64,000 nucleotides of DNA. Origin: Lachnospiraceae bacterium. Its GTDB lineage: Bacteria; Bacillota; Clostridia; Lachnospirales; Lachnospiraceae. Below the pieces are notes generated by a model. It saw only the letters and a list, made by a program, of their open reading frames with translations, was not told the DNA's origin and did not search any database. Location of the stretch: the NCBI GenBank assembly GCA_017408025.1, contig JAFQVJ010000068.1:107440-171439 (forward strand), in the 5' to 3' direction. The position numbers were made by a program, and so were the translations under genes. Below, in pieces: positions 17,951 through 27,861 of this stretch. The first letter of the stretch is position 1. Each line of letters begins with the position of its first letter.

Positions 17951-18478
17951 CTATGCTTCTGCGTTTTCCTCTGCCTGTGCTTCTTCAGCAGCCTCTTCCA
18001 TAAATTCCAAATCTTCATCCTTGATAAGCTTATCTGGATCCAGCAGAAGTTTAACAGCCTCACCTACTTTTCCTAAGCCCCATACATATTTATTCATAGC
18101 ATTTCCATGAACAAGCTTTGGTGGTGGCTCTATGTCTTCATCCTGAATAGTAACTACCTCCTCTATTTTTTCAACGATAAGACCAATTACTGTTGACTGA
18201 ACATCTATAATAATAATACATGTTCTATCGTTGTACTCTAAAGGTTCCTGCTTAAATCTAAGTCTCACATCTATAACAGGGATAATCTTTCCGCGAAGAT
18301 TGATCAGACCCTTTATGTATTCCTCTGACTCAGGGATTGCTGTAATATTCTGAATGCCTATAATCTCATTAACAAACTTTATAGATATTCCAAAATGCTC
18401 ACGACCCGACTTAAAGGTCATATACATACCCTTCTGGGTATCTTCTTCTTCTAACATTTCTTCTATAATATCACTCAC
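17951..18478 (-). CDS. cheW: Chemotaxis coupling protein CheW
   Basis: CheW-like domain (FGISIKFVNEIIGIQNITAIPESEEYIKGLINLRGKIIPVIDVRLRF) with an acidic C-terminal tail. GTG start lies 7 nt after GGAGG. Confidence 0.9.
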   Translation of the reverse strand: MSDIIEEMLEEEDTQKGMYMTFKSGREHFGISIKFVNEIIGIQNITAIPESEEYIKGLINLRGKIIPVIDVRLRFKQEPLEYNDRTCIIIIDVQSTVIGLIVEKIEEVVTIQDEDIEPPPKLVHGNAMNKYVWGLGKVGEAVKLLLDPDKLIKDEDLEFMEEAAEEAQAEENAEA

Positions 18479-18519
18479 CGTTATTCCTCCATTTCTATAT
18501 TATTCTCTAATAGCATGCG

Positions 18520-19887
18520 CTAGTATTTGCCAAAGCCACCTTCCAGTGAAATAATATTTTCGTTATTGTTCACGGACATCATATTTGTCTGATAATATGG
18601 TTGTTCAGTATTTCTCAGTTTGAATTTAACAATAAGTTCTCTAAGTCTCATAGCCTGATTTGAAAGCTCCTCACTTGCTGCAGCACATTGTTCGCTGGTT
18701 GCTGAATTACTCTGTACAACCTGTGATACCTGTCCAAGTGCCTGGTCAATCTGAGTTACTGCAGTTGCCTGTTCATTTGATGCTGTAGCAATTTCGCTTA
18801 TAATATTGACAACCTTATCGATGTTCTCAACAATCTCTGCTAATGCAGCGCCTGTTTCTTCTGCAATCTTAGAGCCTTTTTCAACCTTGCTGATAGAATT
18901 CTCTATAAGCTCCGCTGTCTCACTTGCAGCCTGTGCACTTTTTGCAGCCAGATTTCTAACCTCTTCTGCAACTACTGCAAAACCTTTTCCGTGGGCACCG
19001 GCTCTTGCCGCCTCTACAGCTGCATTTAACGCCAGGATATTTGTCTGGAATGCAATATCATCAATCACTTTAATAATCTTTGAAATATTCTCTGATGATT
19101 CGTTGATTTCATTCATCGCAACCATCATTTCTTTCATCTGCTCATTACCCTTTACAGCACCAGCCTTTGTCTCGTTAACCAGCTTGTTGGCATTATTTGC
19201 CTCTGCCGCATTAACCTTCGTACGATGTGCAATATCGTCAATTGATGCTGTAATTTCCTCAAGTGCACTTGCCTGCTCTGTAGAGCCCTGTGCAAGGGAC
19301 TGACTTGCTGAAGCAACCTGTTCAGAGCCTGTTGTGACCTGCATTGACGCTTCACGTATATTACCAAGCACATGATTATTGTCATCAACAAGCTTTTTTA
19401 ATGACCTTCCAAGAACATCTATATCTGTTCTTGGTTTAATTTCCATAGACATATCGCCTTCTGCAATTCTGTCTGCCAGTTCTGCATCATGCTTTACAGC
19501 AACTGCCATTTCATTAATAGCTGATATAATATCACCAAATTCATCATTAGTGTCCCTTTGTACTTCTACATCTACACCACCATCACGAACAATATTGATT
19601 GCTCCAATAATTTTCTTTAAATTAAAAGATATTGTCCGTGAAACATATACTCCTAAAGCTACAATCATAACCTCGAACACCACTGCAGTTATAATACTCT
19701 GTAAAACAATGGAATTTGCTTTTTCTGCCATCTGTGCTTCTGACAAACCTGCGTATCCGCCAATTTTTTGAGCTACTACATATAACTGCAACGAAAAAAG
19801 TATAATTACAGTAATTGATAATCCTACGAGAGCTCTAACCTTTGTCTTTACCTTCATATTTTTCATTATTTTTGTTGTGATTAACAT
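18520..19887 (-). CDS. Methyl-accepting chemotaxis protein (paralog 2)
   Basis: Same architecture as paralog 1. The N-terminal ~130 aa are divergent and the rest is near-identical. Confidence 0.92.
   Translation of the reverse strand: MLITTKIMKNMKVKTKVRALVGLSITVIILFSLQLYVVAQKIGGYAGLSEAQMAEKANSIVLQSIITAVVFEVMIVALGVYVSRTISFNLKKIIGAINIVRDGGVDVEVQRDTNDEFGDIISAINEMAVAVKHDAELADRIAEGDMSMEIKPRTDIDVLGRSLKKLVDDNNHVLGNIREASMQVTTGSEQVASASQSLAQGSTEQASALEEITASIDDIAHRTKVNAAEANNANKLVNETKAGAVKGNEQMKEMMVAMNEINESSENISKIIKVIDDIAFQTNILALNAAVEAARAGAHGKGFAVVAEEVRNLAAKSAQAASETAELIENSISKVEKGSKIAEETGAALAEIVENIDKVVNIISEIATASNEQATAVTQIDQALGQVSQVVQSNSATSEQCAAASEELSNQAMRLRELIVKFKLRNTEQPYYQTNMMSVNNNENIISLEGGFGKY
18610..19491 (-). 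repeat. About 0.9 kb paralogous repeat, copy 2 of 3
   Basis: See 16632-17525. Confidence 0.8.
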
Positions 19888-19931
19888 TCTTACGCCTCCA
19901 ATCCATTTCAGGTTTCCTCGTGCTACATAGC

Positions 19932-21263
19932 TTAGTACTTACCAAAGCCATTTCCTAGGGAAATGATTTTTTCATTATCATTTGTTACACTCTTCTGATA
20001 ATATGGCTGGCTATATTCCCTGAGCTTAAACTTAGATATAAGCTCTCTAAGACGTATAGCCTGATTTGAAAGCTCCTCACTTGCTGCAGCACACTGCTCA
20101 CTTGTAGCTGAATTGCTCTGCACAACCTGTGACACTTGTCCAAGTGCCTGATCAATCTGTGTAACTGCTGTAGCCTGCTCATTTGAAGCTGTTGCAATTT
20201 CACTTATAATATCTACTATCTTATCAATATTTTCTACGATTTCAGCAAGGGCAGCACCTGTCTCCTCTGCAATTTTTGAACCCTTTTCAACCTTACCGAT
20301 AGAATTCTCAATAAGCTCCGCTGTCTCACTTGCAGCCTGTGCGCTCTTTGCAGCAAGATTTCTAACTTCTTCAGCAACTACGGCAAAGCCTTTTCCATGT
20401 GTGCCTGCTCTTGCTGCCTCTACAGCTGCATTTAATGCAAGAATATTGGTCTGGAATGCAATATCATCGATCACTTTAATAATCTTCGAAATATTTTCTG
20501 ATGATTCATTGATTTCATTCATTGCAATCATCATTTCCTTCATTTGCGCGTTACCCTTTACTGCTCCAGCCTTTGTTTCAATAACAAGCTTGTTGGCATT
20601 ATTGGCCTCTGCAGCATTAACCTTCGTACGCTGTGCTATATCATCAATTGATGCTGTAATCTCTTCAAGTGCACTTGCCTGCTCTGTAGAACCCTGTGCA
20701 AGGGACTGACTTGCAGATGCAACCTGTTCAGAACCTGTTGTAACCTGCATAGAAGCCTCTCGGATATTTCCAAGTACATGATTGTGATCATCAAGAAGTT
20801 TTTTAAATGACTTTCCTAATTCATCAATATCTGTTCTAGGGGAAACATCCATAGACAAATCACCTTCTGCTATTTCATCTGCAATATTCGCATCATCTTT
20901 AATATTTTTTACAGTAGCATTTAATGCATCAATGATAATACCAAATTCATCCTCATTGTATTTCTCAAGCTCAATTTCGACACCACCATCACCAATAATC
21001 TTAATAGCTTTAACAATTTCATCTAAAGGCTTTTTGATACACTTTCTTATGTAATATCCACTAGCGATCATTATAACCATAAACACAAATGACACTGCTA
21101 TTATAAATATTTTCGCATTATTCGCATAACTGCCTACGTATAAACCCGGTCTCTCTAAAAAATCTTTACCCAAGCTTGTTAATAATGCAATAATTACTAT
21201 CGCTATACCTATTAAAGAATTAATTTTTGTTGTTATCTTTGAATTCTTATATCTTTTTATCAT
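19932..21263 (-). CDS. Methyl-accepting chemotaxis protein (paralog 3)
   Basis: Same architecture: two TM helices with a ~21-aa loop, HAMP, and a conserved signalling domain. Confidence 0.92.
   Translation of the reverse strand: MIKRYKNSKITTKINSLIGIAIVIIALLTSLGKDFLERPGLYVGSYANNAKIFIIAVSFVFMVIMIASGYYIRKCIKKPLDEIVKAIKIIGDGGVEIELEKYNEDEFGIIIDALNATVKNIKDDANIADEIAEGDLSMDVSPRTDIDELGKSFKKLLDDHNHVLGNIREASMQVTTGSEQVASASQSLAQGSTEQASALEEITASIDDIAQRTKVNAAEANNANKLVIETKAGAVKGNAQMKEMMIAMNEINESSENISKIIKVIDDIAFQTNILALNAAVEAARAGTHGKGFAVVAEEVRNLAAKSAQAASETAELIENSIGKVEKGSKIAEETGAALAEIVENIDKIVDIISEIATASNEQATAVTQIDQALGQVSQVVQSNSATSEQCAAASEELSNQAIRLRELISKFKLREYSQPYYQKSVTNDNEKIISLGNGFGKY
20016..20897 (-). repeat. 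About 0.9 kb paralogous repeat, copy 3 of 3
   Basis: See 16632-17525. Confidence 0.8.
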
Positions 21264-21335
21264 ACTTTATTCCCTTCCGCTACCACACGTTTATACATCT
21301 CTATATAACCGTTTTAGTCTCTCTATGCCTACGCT

Positions 21336-23435
21336 TTATATTAATCCACCAACATCGAGTATCAGTGCAACACTTCCATCACCAAGCTGTGTACAGCCTG
21401 AAAGCCCCTGCACCTTCTTGAAATAGTCTGGAATAGGTTTTACAACAATTTCCTGTTCACCGATAAGCGATGAGATAAATACACATACCTTCTTACCTTC
21501 ATGCTCAAGAACTGCCATAACATCTCTTTCGGGATCCACTTGATAGCCTTCAATCTTGTACTTTTCTCCAAGGTTTACAAGTGGCATAATTTCGTCTCTT
21601 ATGCGAACTGCGGTATCCCCTGTTGGATTTTCTATAATTGTTCCCTCTGAAACTCTAACAAACTCTTTAACAGCATTAGTTTCCACCACAAATGTAGATG
21701 AACCAATTTTCAGAACTATGCCTGTTATGATTGCAAGAGTAAGTGGTATCTTCATTGTCATTGTTGAACCTTTGCCCTGAACACTGTCAATTTCAAGAGT
21801 TCCACCGACATTGCTAAGATTCTTTACTACAACATCCATACCAACTCCACGTCCAGAAAGCTCGGTAACCTTTTCCTTTGTAGAAAATCCTGGGAGAGTT
21901 ATGAATTGGAATATTTCCTTATCCGAATACTCAATATCCTTGTTAATAAGACCATTTTTCCTAGCCTTGGCCAGAATTTTCTCTTTGTTAAGTCCTTGAC
22001 CATCGTCCTCCACTACAATCAGTACTTTACCGCCCTCATTCTTGGCTGTTAATTTGATAACACCTTTAGGATCTTTGCCAACTGCCATACGATTCTCTTT
22101 CGTCTCAATACCGTGATCAACAGAATTTCGTATAATATGCATAAGCGGATCGGAGATATTTTCAATTATATTCTTATCTACCTCCGTATTTTCACCAGAT
22201 ATAACAAGCTCTATCTCTTTTCCAAGCTTTCTGGCAGAATCGAAGACTATTCTGTTCATCTTCTGGAATGTCGGATTAAGAGGCACCATTCTCATAGACA
22301 TTATAACCTCTTGCAAATCAGATGTTATCTTCATAAGCTGACCAGTTGCCTTCGTGAAATTCGTCAAATCGAGACCTGGAACCTTAAGGTCAGGATTCTG
22401 TGCCACGACAGCCTCCGCTATTACGATTTCACCGATTAAATCCATTAGCTGATCCATCTTCTCTACATTGATACTGATAAATGTCTGCTTTGGTTTAACC
22501 TCATTCTTTGCAAGTTTTTTTGCCTTACCAACTTCTTTTGATTTGATAACATAATCACCAGGTTTTGGTTCTTTCTTTTCCTTTTCCGCTTTTTCTTCAA
22601 TTTGTTCTACAGTTGATGTCAAATCTATGACCGCATCATTAGACTCAAACCCAAGCTGATACTCCTTGGCCGAACACTCGTAGATATCGATTTTTTCAAC
22701 CTCCGAGCCGTCTATCATCTCCAGTATTTCTTCTTTAGAACACTGTGCCTGTAAAAGCATCTTAAAACCATCCTTTAAGATCACATCAGCACTTGCTTCA
22801 TTCGTAAGAATATCCTCTGGTGTAAAAAGCAAATCTTCTGCAACCTCTTTCAATGCATATGTTGCAGAATATGCTCTTATATTGCTCATCATTGTGTCAC
22901 TGCGATAAGTCATATGAATCTTATAGAAATGACTGTTTTCCGTAGAAACAGGTGGAATATAAAACTGACTAGGTGCCACATAAACGTTTTCTGGTGGCAT
23001 CTCTTTCTTTTCATCCTTTTGAATCTCATGCTTTATGGTCTTGAGGAATTTCTCAAGGTTCTCCATAATTTCTGATTCATCACCATCTGGTTCTTCACCA
23101 TCTCTAATTTTATCTAACTCACCTGATATAAATCCCGAAACATCTAATACATAGCCAACAAGCTCCATATGTGGGATATTATCTGGCTTTGACTCTCGAA
23201 TATAATAAAATATATCCTCAAGTTTATGAGATACCTTTGTGATATTCTCAAACATCATAATACCTGATGAACCCTTAATCGTATGCATTACCCTAAAAAT
23301 TTCATTTATATCATCAGATTCAAAAGACTCTGCATCCTTTTTTTCGATAACTAATTCATCAAGTTTTTCAAGAAGCTGCCCACTCTCAAAGAGAAATATG
23401 TCAAGCATTCCCTCAGTATTAAACTCCTGAGACAT
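21336..23435 (-). CDS. cheA: Chemotaxis histidine kinase CheA
   Basis: Hpt P1 (FRVMHTIKGSSG), dimerisation domain, HATPase domain (GRGVGMDVV), and a C-terminal CheW-like P5 domain. Confidence 0.95.
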   Translation of the reverse strand: MSQEFNTEGMLDIFLFESGQLLEKLDELVIEKKDAESFESDDINEIFRVMHTIKGSSGIMMFENITKVSHKLEDIFYYIRESKPDNIPHMELVGYVLDVSGFISGELDKIRDGEEPDGDESEIMENLEKFLKTIKHEIQKDEKKEMPPENVYVAPSQFYIPPVSTENSHFYKIHMTYRSDTMMSNIRAYSATYALKEVAEDLLFTPEDILTNEASADVILKDGFKMLLQAQCSKEEILEMIDGSEVEKIDIYECSAKEYQLGFESNDAVIDLTSTVEQIEEKAEKEKKEPKPGDYVIKSKEVGKAKKLAKNEVKPKQTFISINVEKMDQLMDLIGEIVIAEAVVAQNPDLKVPGLDLTNFTKATGQLMKITSDLQEVIMSMRMVPLNPTFQKMNRIVFDSARKLGKEIELVISGENTEVDKNIIENISDPLMHIIRNSVDHGIETKENRMAVGKDPKGVIKLTAKNEGGKVLIVVEDDGQGLNKEKILAKARKNGLINKDIEYSDKEIFQFITLPGFSTKEKVTELSGRGVGMDVVVKNLSNVGGTLEIDSVQGKGSTMTMKIPLTLAIITGIVLKIGSSTFVVETNAVKEFVRVSEGTIIENPTGDTAVRIRDEIMPLVNLGEKYKIEGYQVDPERDVMAVLEHEGKKVCVFISSLIGEQEIVVKPIPDYFKKVQGLSGCTQLGDGSVALILDVGGLI

Positions 23436-23482
23436 CTTATATCCTCCTTCCTTTGTAACATTCCGTTTACCTGCGGAATAAT

Positions 23483-23890
23483 TTATTTTTTAGCTACAAA
23501 TCCAAGTCTTTCAAGAAGAATTGTAAACTTCTCAACATTTACAGGCTTACCTACATATGCATCGCATCCGATTTCCATGGCTTTTTTGACATTGATTTCC
23601 TGATTCAATGCAGTAGTCATAATAACTCTGGCCTTCTGCTCAGCCGGAAGATTTCTTTCTTTCTCAATCTTCCTTATAGTATCCAACACCTGATATCCAT
23701 CAAGCATCGGCATCATAACGTCAAGAATAACCAAGTCATAATTATCCTCATCCTCATCTTCCAATGCCATCAAATATGCATCTACCGCCTCAAGACCATT
23801 TACGGTGACATCACATTCACCATACTCTCCAAGTAGTTTACTCATAAACTTTCTACTTGCAAAATCATCTTCAGCCAATAAAATTTTCAT
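23483..23890 (-). CDS. cheY: CheY-like single-domain response regulator
   Basis: 135-aa REC-only protein (ILLAEDD...LDVMMPMLDG...GKP) directly downstream of cheB and upstream of cheA. Confidence 0.85.
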   Translation of the reverse strand: MKILLAEDDFASRKFMSKLLGEYGECDVTVNGLEAVDAYLMALEDEDEDNYDLVILDVMMPMLDGYQVLDTIRKIEKERNLPAEQKARVIMTTALNQEINVKKAMEIGCDAYVGKPVNVEKFTILLERLGFVAKK

Positions 23891-23912
23891 AATTATATAC
23901 TCCTTTCAATCT

Positions 23913-24950
23913 CTATGACCATTTACTCAATAGTCCATGTATTTTTTCCGGAATTGCTTTTAATCCGGTCTGATATAGTACACCTCCCAGTTCCTTTGCA
24001 ACCTTCGGCATACCGTATACTATACAACTTTCTTCATCTTGCCCTATAGTAAGTGCTCCTTGCTCCCGCATCTTATACAGGCCCTTGGCTCCATCAGCTC
24101 CCATACCGGTAAGTAACACCCCTATAGCATTCTTTCCACAGGCAGTAGCCACCGACTCAAAAAGTACATCTACCGATGGACAATGACCACTTACACGTGG
24201 TCCTTTGTAACATTCTATCTGATAATTGCTTCCGACTTTCACAACCTTCATCTGCTTATCACCAGGCGCCACATAAACATATCCTGATTTGATTACATCT
24301 CCTGTCTTTCCTTCGGAAACTTTAAACTTTGTCTGGTTATCGAGTCTATCTGCAAACATCTGTGTAAATCCTGGTGGCATATGCTGCGTTATAACAATTC
24401 CTGGTGCATCTCCGTCTAAACCATCCAACACTGAGCTTATAGCTTCAGTTCCTCCTGTAGACGCTCCAATTGCCAAGACAACATTTTTGTATCTGTCACC
24501 CTGAACAGGCAAATTCTGCATATTACCACTATATTTTGCTCTTTTAAAATTACTAAGCTTAACAGTAGACGCAATTTTTACCTTAGTAACAAGTTCATTA
24601 TGTATGAAATCTCCCAATTGTTCCTTTGACATTCCCGCTGGTTTATTTACAAAATCCACTGCACCTGCATTTAACGCATCAAACACCTTATCATTAAGCG
24701 AACTAACCATTACTACAGGTAACGGATGCTGTGGCATCAATTTCCGCAAAAACTCAATACCATCCATCTTCGGCATCTCCACATCAAGGGTCATCACATC
24801 TGGCTCATATTTTATTATCTTATCACGAGCTTCAAAGGGATCACCTGCTGTTGCAACAACCTCAATGGCAGAATCTGCATTAAGACCATTTACAAGAACA
24901 TTCCGGAACATATAGGAATCTTCTACTACCAATACCCTTATCTTTTTCAT
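23913..24950 (-). CDS. cheB: Protein-glutamate methylesterase CheB
   Basis: N-terminal REC plus a methylesterase domain (AIGASTGGTEA ... ITQHMPPGFT ... GMGADG). Confidence 0.93.
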   Translation of the reverse strand: MKKIRVLVVEDSYMFRNVLVNGLNADSAIEVVATAGDPFEARDKIIKYEPDVMTLDVEMPKMDGIEFLRKLMPQHPLPVVMVSSLNDKVFDALNAGAVDFVNKPAGMSKEQLGDFIHNELVTKVKIASTVKLSNFKRAKYSGNMQNLPVQGDRYKNVVLAIGASTGGTEAISSVLDGLDGDAPGIVITQHMPPGFTQMFADRLDNQTKFKVSEGKTGDVIKSGYVYVAPGDKQMKVVKVGSNYQIECYKGPRVSGHCPSVDVLFESVATACGKNAIGVLLTGMGADGAKGLYKMREQGALTIGQDEESCIVYGMPKVAKELGGVLYQTGLKAIPEKIHGLLSKWS

Positions 24951-24956
24951 ATCATC

Positions 24957-25760
24957 CTACTTTCGATAAACAGATGGTCTTACATACTTAAAGTTTGTCT
25001 TTGATTTATCAATAGACTCCGTCGTTCCGATAAACATATATCCACCTGGTACCAACATATCGTATATTCTGTTTACTAAATTATTTTTTGTCTCTTCGTC
25101 AAAATATATCATTACATTACGAATGAACACTACATGTAGTTTCTGTCTAAATGGCAACGGATCCATCAAATTAAATTTTCTAAATATAACCTGCTTTTTT
25201 AATTCATCAGTCACTACACACTCTTCAGTTCCCACGCTCCGAAAATATCTGCGTTTCCATACATCAGGCAATGGTTCAATCTGTTCCTTGAGATACTTTC
25301 CACTTTCAGCATGTTCCAAAACACGAGTTGAAATATCCGTCGCTAAAACTGTTGTATCCCACAACCTGTCCTCAAGGGCAAAAAAATCTTTATATATCAT
25401 TGCCAAAGTATATGCCTCTTCTCCTGTGGAAGCTGCTGCGCACCATGTTCTTAAATCTTTTGTGTTTGCCAAAGAATTTTTAACTTCCGGTAAGACAATA
25501 TCTTTAAGAAATCTAAAATGCTCAGATTCTCTCATGAAATATGTATGATTTGTAGTCAGATTATCTATAAGATCACGTACCTCTTTACTATCAGGTTTAT
25601 TTTCGACCTTGCTCATAAAATCTGAATAGCTTTCATATCCGTTCCTAGCCAGATAATTATCAAGTCTTCCTGTAACGAGCACCTTTTTTTGACTCAAATC
25701 TATTCCATAATTTGATTTGACGTAATTGACAATTCTGAAAAACTCAACATCTGTTATCAT
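24957..25760 (-). CDS. cheR: Chemotaxis protein methyltransferase CheR
   Basis: CheR SAM-dependent methyltransferase (WCAAASTGEEAYTLAM ... FIRNVMIYFD). Start is probably the internal ATG at 25760 (MITDVEFFRIV...). The track start at 25823 has no RBS. Confidence 0.9.
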   Translation of the reverse strand: MITDVEFFRIVNYVKSNYGIDLSQKKVLVTGRLDNYLARNGYESYSDFMSKVENKPDSKEVRDLIDNLTTNHTYFMRESEHFRFLKDIVLPEVKNSLANTKDLRTWCAAASTGEEAYTLAMIYKDFFALEDRLWDTTVLATDISTRVLEHAESGKYLKEQIEPLPDVWKRRYFRSVGTEECVVTDELKKQVIFRKFNLMDPLPFRQKLHVVFIRNVMIYFDEETKNNLVNRIYDMLVPGGYMFIGTTESIDKSKTNFKYVRPSVYRK

Positions 25761-25852
25761 ATCAACTACCTTTTTTTCACTATACTCTGCTATAATCACT
25801 GTATGACATTGGGAAGCTATCATACATGTATAGTAAAGCTCTCACAAGTTAT

Positions 25853-25881
25853 ATAATAACAAATTTTTCTACAATTTTCAA
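25853..25881 (-). promoter_or_regulatory. Sigma-A-type promoter of the che operon
   Basis: Minus strand TTGAAA-N17-TATTAT in the 194-nt gap upstream of cheR. Confidence 0.4.
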
Positions 25882-25963
25882 TGTTTTTTAAATTATTCTG
25901 AACTAAACAAAATATTAACATATCTTTAATAAATAACTTGGTTTTCTCAATAGTTTTATACGA

Positions 25964-26004
25964 CAAAAAGAGTGCTACACAATTATATAATTGTGCAACA
26001 CCCT
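25964..26004 (-). terminator. Intrinsic terminator of the transglutaminase-like gene
   Basis: Minus strand GGUGUUGCACAAUUAU/AUAAUUGUGUAGCACU stem followed by CUUUUUG. Confidence 0.6.
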
Positions 26005-26017
26005 TTTTCGTCTCTGT

Positions 26018-26911
26018 TTAATATGTCAAATTTATCATGTAAAATCGTCGTCCTTCTACCCCAAGGCAAGAGTAGTTTATATTTGTAATAGCTGTATCCT
26101 TTAAAGCTTCTCTCCACTGACTATCAGATATCATATCGTCCTCAGTCCATACAAAGGATATATACATTTTCATTTCGCCGCTACAATCATCTATGACTTG
26201 TGACAATTCACTTTCGCTATCTATAATTTTTCCTGACATTTTTACATAATCATATTCATCTGCATTCGCTTGTGGTGTAACATTTTTATTCCACGAATGA
26301 TCCTTGGATATAATTTCATCTGTGACATTAAAGTAAAGATAAACTATCTCATTTGTCTCTGGATAAGGGTCATCAAAGGTTACGTCAACATGATACCATG
26401 CATCCCCCAGTTTAACCATGTTCCATGCATGGGCAACCTGTTCGGTACCTACTGTACCTGTAACCGTTATACAGTCTATATCAGCTATGTCCATAAGCAT
26501 CTGAAATGTTTTCGCATATCCCTCACATACAGCAATTTTCTTTACTAAAGTTCCATATACTGAAAAATCATCATCAGACAAAGTATTATTTTCTATAGCT
26601 GCTTTATTGTACGTACTATTCTTAATTATATAATCATGGGCCGCTTTAACCTTTTCGAAATCATTTTTGCAATTAGCTATATATAGATTGTAAACTCTTG
26701 TAGCCTCATTAAATGCTTCAAGATCTTTATCTGTCAAGTCTCCTGAATCACCATCTACATACATTTGATGATAGTCATATTCGCCATCATCAATATTATT
26801 TGATGCATATCTTTCTGATGCAAATCCATCTTCGCATCCACATATAAACATAATTGCCGTTATAAGGCAGAATAATATTTTTATTTTACTCATAATCTTC
26901 CCTTGTTCCAT
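26018..26911 (-). CDS. Transglutaminase-like (cysteine protease fold) lipoprotein
   Basis: Lipobox FICGC. Cys-His-Asp core motifs are CEGYAKTFQML, HAWNMV and HVDVTFDD. Confidence 0.75.
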   Translation of the reverse strand: MEQGKIMSKIKILFCLITAIMFICGCEDGFASERYASNNIDDGEYDYHQMYVDGDSGDLTDKDLEAFNEATRVYNLYIANCKNDFEKVKAAHDYIIKNSTYNKAAIENNTLSDDDFSVYGTLVKKIAVCEGYAKTFQMLMDIADIDCITVTGTVGTEQVAHAWNMVKLGDAWYHVDVTFDDPYPETNEIVYLYFNVTDEIISKDHSWNKNVTPQANADEYDYVKMSGKIIDSESELSQVIDDCSGEMKMYISFVWTEDDMISDSQWREALKDTAITNINYSCLGVEGRRFYMINLTY

Positions 26912-26928
26912 TTTTATACACCAATCTA

Positions 26929-27843
26929 CTACTCGGAGTCCTTATGTTTTACTACATGCTCATGCGTAAACAGATGATCCTGACAATATTCATAATTCCC
27001 CTCACATCTTGAACAAAATCTGAATACTAATCCTTCTCCATCATTTTCAGTTCTGCCACATATAGCACATTTATGTCTTGTAATGCCCGATGCCTCTCTA
27101 ACCTGTTTTTTATAGTTTTTCTTTCTCTTTATCTCCTTTGGTGAGTATCTTTTATATTTTTTAGTTCCAAAGTAGAAAATAATAAAATTAAGCAATGATA
27201 AAACAATAGCCACGCATACTGCTATATAATCTTCTTGTTTAGCTGCACCAAGACTGAGTACATATATCTCTGCCCTATTATACTTAACAAGTACACTCAA
27301 ATTCTGTAAAAAACTATATCCAATAAGAGCAATATCTGCTATAGCAAGCCATTTTATCTTAATTGGTACAATCATCATAAGCATTACCTGTGTATCTGGG
27401 AACAATGTGGCAAATGCAAGGAATGATGTCATATTGATATAATATGTGTTCATAGATAAGCTGATGCCATCACCAGTTATCAATAAGCTTATAAAATATA
27501 TAAGCATAGCTCCCACTGTCATAAAGAGCCATCCAGATATCATATAAAGATTGTACTTGAATGTTCCCCAGTATCTCTCCAGAGTTGTTCCTATCCAATA
27601 GTAGAATGTGAACATCAATATTATAAATAAATCTAACTCCTGTGGAATTGTACATATCCATGTAAACAGTCTCCACACTTGTCCCCTGCATACAAGTTCC
27701 GGACTAAGTATGAGATAACTATAAATCCGTGGGGCAAATAAATCTAAAACATATCCTATAGCATATGCACCAAGCACATATACTATAAGATTATTAATTG
27801 CGTATTTTCCAAATTTTCTTTCTAACTTCCCTATAAAATTCAT
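26929..27843 (-). CDS. Polytopic membrane protein, rhomboid-like N-terminal region, C-terminal cytoplasmic zinc ribbon
   Basis: RGQVWRLFTW motif resembles the rhomboid TM2 region, but no GxSG/His dyad was seen. The C-terminus carries CAICGR...CSRCEG...CQDH Cys/His clusters. Confidence 0.5.
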   Translation of the reverse strand: MNFIGKLERKFGKYAINNLIVYVLGAYAIGYVLDLFAPRIYSYLILSPELVCRGQVWRLFTWICTIPQELDLFIILMFTFYYWIGTTLERYWGTFKYNLYMISGWLFMTVGAMLIYFISLLITGDGISLSMNTYYINMTSFLAFATLFPDTQVMLMMIVPIKIKWLAIADIALIGYSFLQNLSVLVKYNRAEIYVLSLGAAKQEDYIAVCVAIVLSLLNFIIFYFGTKKYKRYSPKEIKRKKNYKKQVREASGITRHKCAICGRTENDGEGLVFRFCSRCEGNYEYCQDHLFTHEHVVKHKDSE

Positions 27844-27861
27844 AATTTACTCCATCTTATT

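Noticed and set aside
16545-21263. Repetitive structure initially considered as a possible CRISPR-like or mobile array
   Set aside because: The repeats are ~0.9 kb coding segments of three MCP paralogs. They are not short direct repeats with spacers, and no cas or transposase genes are present.
27470-27691. 73-aa minus-strand ORF inside the rhomboid-like gene, and similar nested ORFs at 37448-37660, 43989-44222, 42236-42526 and 49561-49758
   Set aside because: They are alternative frames within longer, better-supported same-strand genes and have no independent start signals.
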